A stretch of DNA of 64,000 bases from Alphaproteobacteria bacterium (lineage in GTDB: Bacteria; Pseudomonadota; Alphaproteobacteria; SHVV01): contig OZ253470.1 of the NCBI GenBank assembly GCA_965261735.1, positions 4,250,980 to 4,314,979 of the forward strand. Direction: 5' to 3'. Position 1 is the stretch's first letter, and every line of letters begins with the position of its first letter. The position numbers were made by a program, and so were the translations under genes. This document shows positions 59,297 through 64,000 of the stretch, one piece after another. Under the pieces are notes generated by a model that had not been told where the DNA came from, made no database searches, and worked only from the letters and a program-made list of their open reading frames with translations.

Positions 59297-60232
59297 TCAT
59301 GCCGCCAGAATCCCTTTGCATCGATCTCCTTGCCGTTGTTGTTGCGCCTGTGGGGATGTGGGCAAGGCGCGTAGCGGCTTGTCCATCATATCCACAGGCG
59401 GGGCGCCGCGGTAGGCCTCGGCCGGCGTTTCCCCCCCGAGCGCCGAGTGCGGCCTCTCGGTGTTGTAGAAGTCGATCCACTCGCCGATGACGCGCCGGGC
59501 CTCGAAGCCGTCGGCGAGCTCGCGCAGATAGACGGCCTCGTATTTGAGCGAGCGCCACAGCCGCTCAATGAAGATGTTGTCCAGGCACCGGCCCCTGCCG
59601 TCCATCGAGATCCGGATGCCGGTCTCCCGCAAGCGCCCGGTGAAGGCGAAGCCGGTGAACTGGCTGCCCTGGTCGGTATTGAAGATCTCCGGCGTGCCAT
59701 GGCGGGCCAGCGCCTCGTCGAGCGCGTCTGTGCAGAAGCCCGCATCCAGGGTGTTCGACAGACGCCAAGCCAGCACATGCCGGTTGGCCCAGTCCATGAT
59801 CGCCACCAGGTAAAGAAAGCCGCGCCGCACCGGGATGTAGGTGATGTCGGCGCACCAGACATGGTTCGCCCGCTCGATCGTCAAGCCTCTGAGCAGATAG
59901 GGGTAGACCCGGTGCTCGGGATGCGGATCGCTGGTGCGCGGCGCCCGATAGATCGCCTGAAGCCCCATCAGGCGCATCAGACGACCGGCCCGGCGACGAC
60001 CGACGCGCACGCCCTCGCGGCGTAGATGACGGACCATCTGACGGGCGCCGTAGAACGGATACTTCAGGAACAACTCATCAATGCGCCGCATCAGCGCCAG
60101 GGTCTCCGGGCTCTCGCCCTTGGGCGTGTAATAGAGCGAGGAGCGTCCGATCGACAGCAAACGGCATTGACGGCTCAAGCTCAGCGCCGGGTGAGCGCGT
60201 ATCACCATCGTTCGCCTCTCGGCCCGGCTCAT
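59297..60232 (-). CDS. IS3-family transposase OrfB (DDE integrase)
   Basis: 311 aa with an rve integrase core (...WCADITYIP...LVAIMDWANRHVLAWRLS...HTDQGSQFT...). Overlaps orfA by 4 nt. Confidence 0.85.
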   Translation of the reverse strand: MSRAERRTMVIRAHPALSLSRQCRLLSIGRSSLYYTPKGESPETLALMRRIDELFLKYPFYGARQMVRHLRREGVRVGRRRAGRLMRLMGLQAIYRAPRTSDPHPEHRVYPYLLRGLTIERANHVWCADITYIPVRRGFLYLVAIMDWANRHVLAWRLSNTLDAGFCTDALDEALARHGTPEIFNTDQGSQFTGFAFTGRLRETGIRISMDGRGRCLDNIFIERLWRSLKYEAVYLRELADGFEARRVIGEWIDFYNTERPHSALGGETPAEAYRGAPPVDMMDKPLRALPTSPQAQQQRQGDRCKGILAA

Positions 60233-60510
60233 CGACCGGACCCTCGAGACAAAAAATCCCGCTCCACCGTCAACTCGCCGATCTTCGCGTGAAGATCACG
60301 GATCTCGCTCTCATGGTCCCGACGGCGGCGCTCGCCCCCGTTCGAAAACACTTCGCCAAGACCATCGATCGCCTGCCGCTTCCATGTGCTCACTTGGTTC
60401 GGATGAACCTGGTGCTGCGAGGCGATCTCCTGAAGCGTCCGGTCGCCACGAAGCGCCTCAAGCGCGATCTTCGCCTTCAGCTCCCCGGAAAACCTGCGTC
60501 TCTTACTCAT
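60229..60510 (-). CDS. IS3-family transposase OrfA (HTH)
   Basis: 93 aa; MSKRRRFSGELKAKIALEALRGDRTLQEIASQHQVHPNQVSTWKRQ. Confidence 0.85.
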   Translation of the reverse strand: MSKRRRFSGELKAKIALEALRGDRTLQEIASQHQVHPNQVSTWKRQAIDGLGEVFSNGGERRRRDHESEIRDLHAKIGELTVERDFLSRGSGR

Positions 60511-60593
60511 CGCGTATCCCTCCTCAGTCGGCGGAATACACCTTAAAAACCTGTCCGATTTTCCGGGGCCACCTCATTGTGCGGATACGCCAA

Positions 60594-60653
60594 TCGTTGT
60601 TAACGGCGGAGGAATAATGATGGAATCGTTGTTAACGGCGGAGGAATAATGAT
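60594..60653 (+). repeat. Tandem 30-bp duplication of the IS21-type-2 left terminus (CGTTGTTAACGGCGGAGGAATAATGATGGA x2)
   Basis: Two exact head-to-tail copies, then about 50 bp of unmatched sequence and the IS903-like IR at 60707. Confidence 0.7.
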
Positions 60654-60706
60654 GGAGTGGACGCCTCCTCCCGACGGCATCGCAGTGTGCCAAGGTGGTG
60701 GTGTGA

Positions 60707-61795
60707 GGCTTTGGTGCATGGACCTAAGGATTAGTATATCTGGCTCCGCTTCCGTCTTTGAGAGTTTGTCATGCCTTTCAAGTTCCACGCATCGCGTCGC
60801 CACCATATCCCCAGAGCCAAGTACCGGGTCATGAACTGGCCGGATTATGACCGTGGTTTGGTTCGGCGCGACGACATTCGTTTCTGGATTGATGAGAGCG
60901 CCCTGGAGCAATGGGACGCAGCCAAGCGGCGAACTCCTGGTGGCCAGCGGCGGTTTTCAGAGTTGGCGATTTCCACGACACTGATGCTGGGGGTGGTCTT
61001 CAGATTGCCGCTGCGCCAGACGGAAGGCTTTGTGCGTTCCCTCGTGGACTTGATGGGGTGCGATCTGCCGGTGCCGGATCACACCACGCTGTCGCGGCGG
61101 CGGCGAACGGTGGATGTCGTTGTGGAAACCAGCACGAACAAGCGGTCTACGGATATCGTGCTGGATTCCACGGGCCTGAAATTCTTTGGCGCTGGCGAGT
61201 GGGCTCGCGCCAAGCACGGTGAAACGCGGCGCTCGTGGCGCAAGCTGCATATCTCGGTTGACCCGGCCAGCAGCGAGATCCGGACGCATGAACTGACCGG
61301 TGACGACACGGCCGATGCGACGATGGCGGGACCGCTGGTCGCCGGTTCCGGTGGGATGATCCGGCGCGTGTTTGCCGACGGCGCCTATGACGGGGAGCCC
61401 GTGACAAAAGCGATCCGAGAAGCTCGGCCATCGAATTCACCACCTGAAATCATCATCCCGCCACGCGCCACATCCATTCCTCCCCCGGACACGCCTCATG
61501 GCGGATCGGAACGGGAGCACCATGCGGCGGAGATCGCGTCGAAGGGAAGGATGAACTGGCAGAAACGACAGGGCTACGGATTGAGAGCGCTTGGCGAAAC
61601 AGCCATGGCTCGCGTCAAGAGGCTCAACGGCGGCAAGCTCAACGCTCGCACATTCCAATCCCAACAAACCGAAATCGCCATGCAGATCGACGTACTCAAT
61701 CGCTCTATCCGTGCGGCGAAACCAAACACAATCAGGATCCGCTAACCAACCGGGGAATGGGCGATCACACCATCGCGGCTCCATGCACCAAAGCC
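60707..61795 (+). mobile_element. IS903-group element copy 4 (1089 bp)
   Basis: Same IRs as copies 1 and 3; no target duplication. Confidence 0.75.
60771..61745 (+). CDS. IS903-group transposase, copy 4
   Basis: 324 aa; differs from copy 1 at a few residues (RRDDIRFW, EARPSNSPPE). Confidence 0.85.
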   Translation: MPFKFHASRRHHIPRAKYRVMNWPDYDRGLVRRDDIRFWIDESALEQWDAAKRRTPGGQRRFSELAISTTLMLGVVFRLPLRQTEGFVRSLVDLMGCDLPVPDHTTLSRRRRTVDVVVETSTNKRSTDIVLDSTGLKFFGAGEWARAKHGETRRSWRKLHISVDPASSEIRTHELTGDDTADATMAGPLVAGSGGMIRRVFADGAYDGEPVTKAIREARPSNSPPEIIIPPRATSIPPPDTPHGGSEREHHAAEIASKGRMNWQKRQGYGLRALGETAMARVKRLNGGKLNARTFQSQQTEIAMQIDVLNRSIRAAKPNTIRIR

Positions 61796-61956
61796 CGTTG
61801 CTACGGGACCATGCTTGGCATCGCGTCGGTAGGCAGCGTCACGCACGGAAATTCGATCCGCAAGCGCAGGTGAGCCCGCTCGCTCGCCGGGCCGCTAAGG
61901 TCGCCGACCACGTGGGTACCGCCTCCAACTCTCGTTGAAGGCGGTGTCCCGCTTGG

Positions 61957-62163
61957 TTATTCGGTGATTGACAGGTTCTCGGCGGAAGACTTGCCGTCCC
62001 GACCCGGCTGAAGCTCGTAGGAGACCTTCTGACCTTCGTCAAGCGAACTCAGTCCGGCGCGCTCGACAGCCGAGATGTGAAGGAACGCATCTTTTGAGCC
62101 GTCTTCCGGCTCGATGAATCCGAAACCCTTAGCTGGGTTGAACCACTTTACGCATGACTGCAA
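61957..62163 (-). CDS. cspA: Cold-shock protein (CspA family)
   Basis: 68 aa; VKWFNPAKGFGFIEPEDGSKDAFLHISAV has the RNP1/RNP2 motifs. Confidence 0.85.
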   Translation of the reverse strand: MQSCVKWFNPAKGFGFIEPEDGSKDAFLHISAVERAGLSSLDEGQKVSYELQPGRDGKSSAENLSITE

Positions 62164-62184
62164 TTGTCGTCTTAACTCTTACGC

Positions 62185-62232
62185 AAACTCATACCCTGAA
62201 GGTCGATGGTTCAAATCCAACCCCCGCAACCA
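62185..62232 (+). other. 3'-terminal fragment (~48 nt) of a tRNA gene (T-arm plus acceptor ending CCA); possible att-site remnant
   Basis: ...GGTCGATGGTTCAAATCCAACCCCCGCAACCA has a T-loop GGTTCAAATCC and a 3' acceptor strand plus CCA. The complementary 5' acceptor strand TGCGGGG is absent upstream. A hairpin (AACGCC...GGCGTTTCTGTTTT) follows. Confidence 0.5.
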
Positions 62233-62257
62233 AATAAAACGCCACTAGGACAACATC

Positions 62258-63920
62258 TTAGAGGCGTTTCTGTTTTGGGCAATCCCTTCCAATACACGTT
62301 TCGGAATGTCCTCGGAATGGTTTTTGGGAGAACCCCAGGCATCTCCTGACCTCTCGTGACCTCCGCCGCTGTACTGTACTTCCCTGCGGTTCCCGTAAAC
62401 ATTCCGTTAGGCCGTGGAGATCCCCCATCTGAATCGTCGTCCACATCGAATCGAGATCCCGCAAGGGGGCCTTCTCGGCGCGGAAGGTCAGAACAGCCTG
62501 TCCACCGACGATCCGCCAGCGCATGCCGGAGCGCTTCATGCGCTGTGTCACCAGGGTCTTGTTGGCAGCCTCGACCACGCCTGAGCCGATGGCGATGCCC
62601 TCTTCCTTCAGGGCGTGGTAGCGCATGCGATGGTGATGCTTGCGGAAGAAGGCGAGTTCCCGCTCGGTCTCGGCCCGGTCCGGCGCAGCGGCGGCATCGC
62701 GAAGGTGGCGCAGCGCCCGGATCACCTTGGCGACGCCACGGGGATCGTGACGGATGGATCTCGCGGCACTTCTCGAACCAGCCGGGCGCCACGGCATGGT
62801 CGGACGCGGTTTGCAGATGTTCGCAAGCATGCCAGAAGTCGATCACCTCGGTTTCGGGCGACAGGGTCTCCAGGAAGGTCCAGTTGTCGGCGGCGCCATC
62901 GGCGATAGCGACGATCCCGATCTCGGGGCGTGCTCGCCTGATGTGTGCGACTTCGCTTGCAAGCTGCGCCTTCAGCGTGAGCTTGCCGCTCTCCGGCATG
63001 GGGCCGAGATAGAGGGTCTTCAGGCGCTTGCCCTCGGCGTCGTGGAAGGAGACCGTGCCGCAGGCGGCCTCGCGCCAGGAGGCCTTGGCGCGACCGTCCT
63101 CGCCGGGTCTCAGCGGCACCATGACGCCGTCGAGGGAGACCGAGGCGGTGGTCGCGTCCTGCGGTATGCCCTCGGCCTCACGGATGCTGCCCAGCGTCTC
63201 CGGGCCGAGGCTCTCCCAGCATTCGTGCATGCTCAGGGTCAGGCGCTCACCGACGGCGTCATGGCGCCGGTCTTCGCAAAGAACGCCGCCGCTTCCCGGG
63301 CCGTGCAGCGACCCATCATCAGCAGACCGAGCTCGGCCGCCGGCCGCGTCAGGTAATCGTCGACGAGGCCCAGGCTCTCGTCGACCGGCACCGGCGATGC
63401 CCCGCTCGCGCCGCTGCGGTAACGCGCTCGCCGGTAGGTCACCGGACCGAGCGAGGTCATGATCGTCTTCGGCGTCACCGCGACCCGGAACCAGCTCTGC
63501 CCGTCCCGCTCGATCCGGGAAGCGCCATCGTCCCGGTTCTCGATGACGGCGCCCATGACATCGCGAGCGAACTCGTTCGTGGCCTCACGCACCCGCAACT
63601 CGACCTCCTCGGGCGCCTCGGGGCGCGGCTCGGAACGAAGCTCCTCGCGACACAGTGCGAGCACCCGGGCGACCGCCTCGACGACCCGAGGAGGCAGGCC
63701 GGAAAGATCGATGGACGAAGGCGCCGGAGGCGGGGATACTGCCATGGGAATGCCCCCGATGTTGGGTTTCGAGACACGGCATCGTACCGCTTCTGGCGGT
63801 GCGGAGCGTTCCCACCTTCCCCTGCTCGACCCTGCCGTCGTGACAAAATCCTGCCTTGGAGCGGCCCATTGTCACGAATAGCCGTTTTCGGCCGTTCGTC
63901 TCGACACAAAAACGCACTAA
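62258..63920 (-). mobile_element. ISKra4-like element, with transposase split by frameshifts; low-coordinate end undefined
   Basis: Terminus ...GTCTCGACACAAAAACGCACTAA at 63920, the same end as at 31769. The transposase pieces are 63239..63745 (N-terminal), 62211..63230 (middle) and 62258..62830 (C-terminal ...LAFFRKHHHRMRYHALKEEGIAIGSGVVEAANKTLVTQRMKRSGMRW...), all on the minus strand. Confidence 0.55.
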
Positions 63921-64000
63921 CAGGCTGCTGAAAAAGTCATCATTGCCGGGCCTTGAACTCGGATTCATCGCCGAAATGAAATGAGATTTCGTGTCTTAGG
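63921..64000 (+). mobile_element. Left end of a second copy of the IS5/IS1182 element (runs off the window)
   Basis: Identical to 50745-50824, starting with IR CAGGCTGCTGAAAAAGT. It directly abuts the ISKra4-like terminus. Confidence 0.7.

Larger units (their letters stand above)
59235..60576 (-). mobile_element. IS3-family element, complete (1342 bp) with 3-bp target duplication TTG
   Basis: IRs TGAGGTGGCC(T/C)CGG at both ends, flanked by TTG at 59232-59234 and 60577-60579. orfA and orfB overlap as expected for programmed -1 frameshifting. Confidence 0.8.

Noticed and set aside
62211-62290. C-terminus of ORF 62211..63230 (…CCPSGVLFGCGGWI*)
   Set aside because: This tail is simply the reverse-complement translation of the tRNA 3' fragment and terminator hairpin, not transposase sequence.

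Overview
High-GC (about 65%) proteobacterial chromosomal window that is largely an insertion-sequence 'graveyard'. Islands of ordinary cargo genes are separated by at least 12 different IS types, many of them nested, truncated or frameshifted. The IS types are IS256 x2, IS1595-family types A and B in multiple copies and fragments, an IS903-group IS5-family element x4, IS21 x2 types, IS110 fragments, IS3 x2 plus fragments, IS630 x1 plus a fragment, IS1182, an IS5/IS1182 element x2, an IS427-like remnant and an ISKra4-like element x2.

Cargo genes, in order:
- the 3' part of aprA (APS reductase alpha);
- a co-directional cluster: 2OG-oxygenase, SDR, kynureninase, tryptophan 2,3-dioxygenase, a zinc-ribbon class III adenylate cyclase and a DMT transporter;
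- a convergent membrane sensor adenylate cyclase;
- a small redox cluster: isochorismatase-like hydrolase, aldo/keto reductase, flavin reductase, rhodanese;
- a 1-Cys peroxiredoxin and Sel1/TPR proteins;
- two tandem two-domain VOC/extradiol-dioxygenase paralogs;
- nnrS, plus a second truncated copy in an IS-bounded segmental duplication;
- an orphan NitT/TauT substrate-binding protein, an ABC-F ATPase, an MFS transporter and a cold-shock protein.

Region 40.9-46.4 kb is the decayed remnant of an integrative/conjugative element. It carries DUF3489 and DUF2924 genes, a truncated serine recombinase, a ParB-like nuclease fused to a VWA domain, and an N-terminal methyltransferase fragment. Beside these lies a striking non-coding array: 8 tandem 21-bp units, each containing the perfect palindrome TTCTGCAGAA, followed by about 500 bp densely seeded with AACAGGGA motifs at 21-bp phasing. 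This is the best candidate for an undescribed iteron, centromere or recombination site.

Many otherwise intact genes carry single-base frameshifts or nonsense codons: kynU, both cyclases, cytochrome b561, the Sel1 protein and several transposases. Either the genome is actively decaying or the assembly has indel errors.
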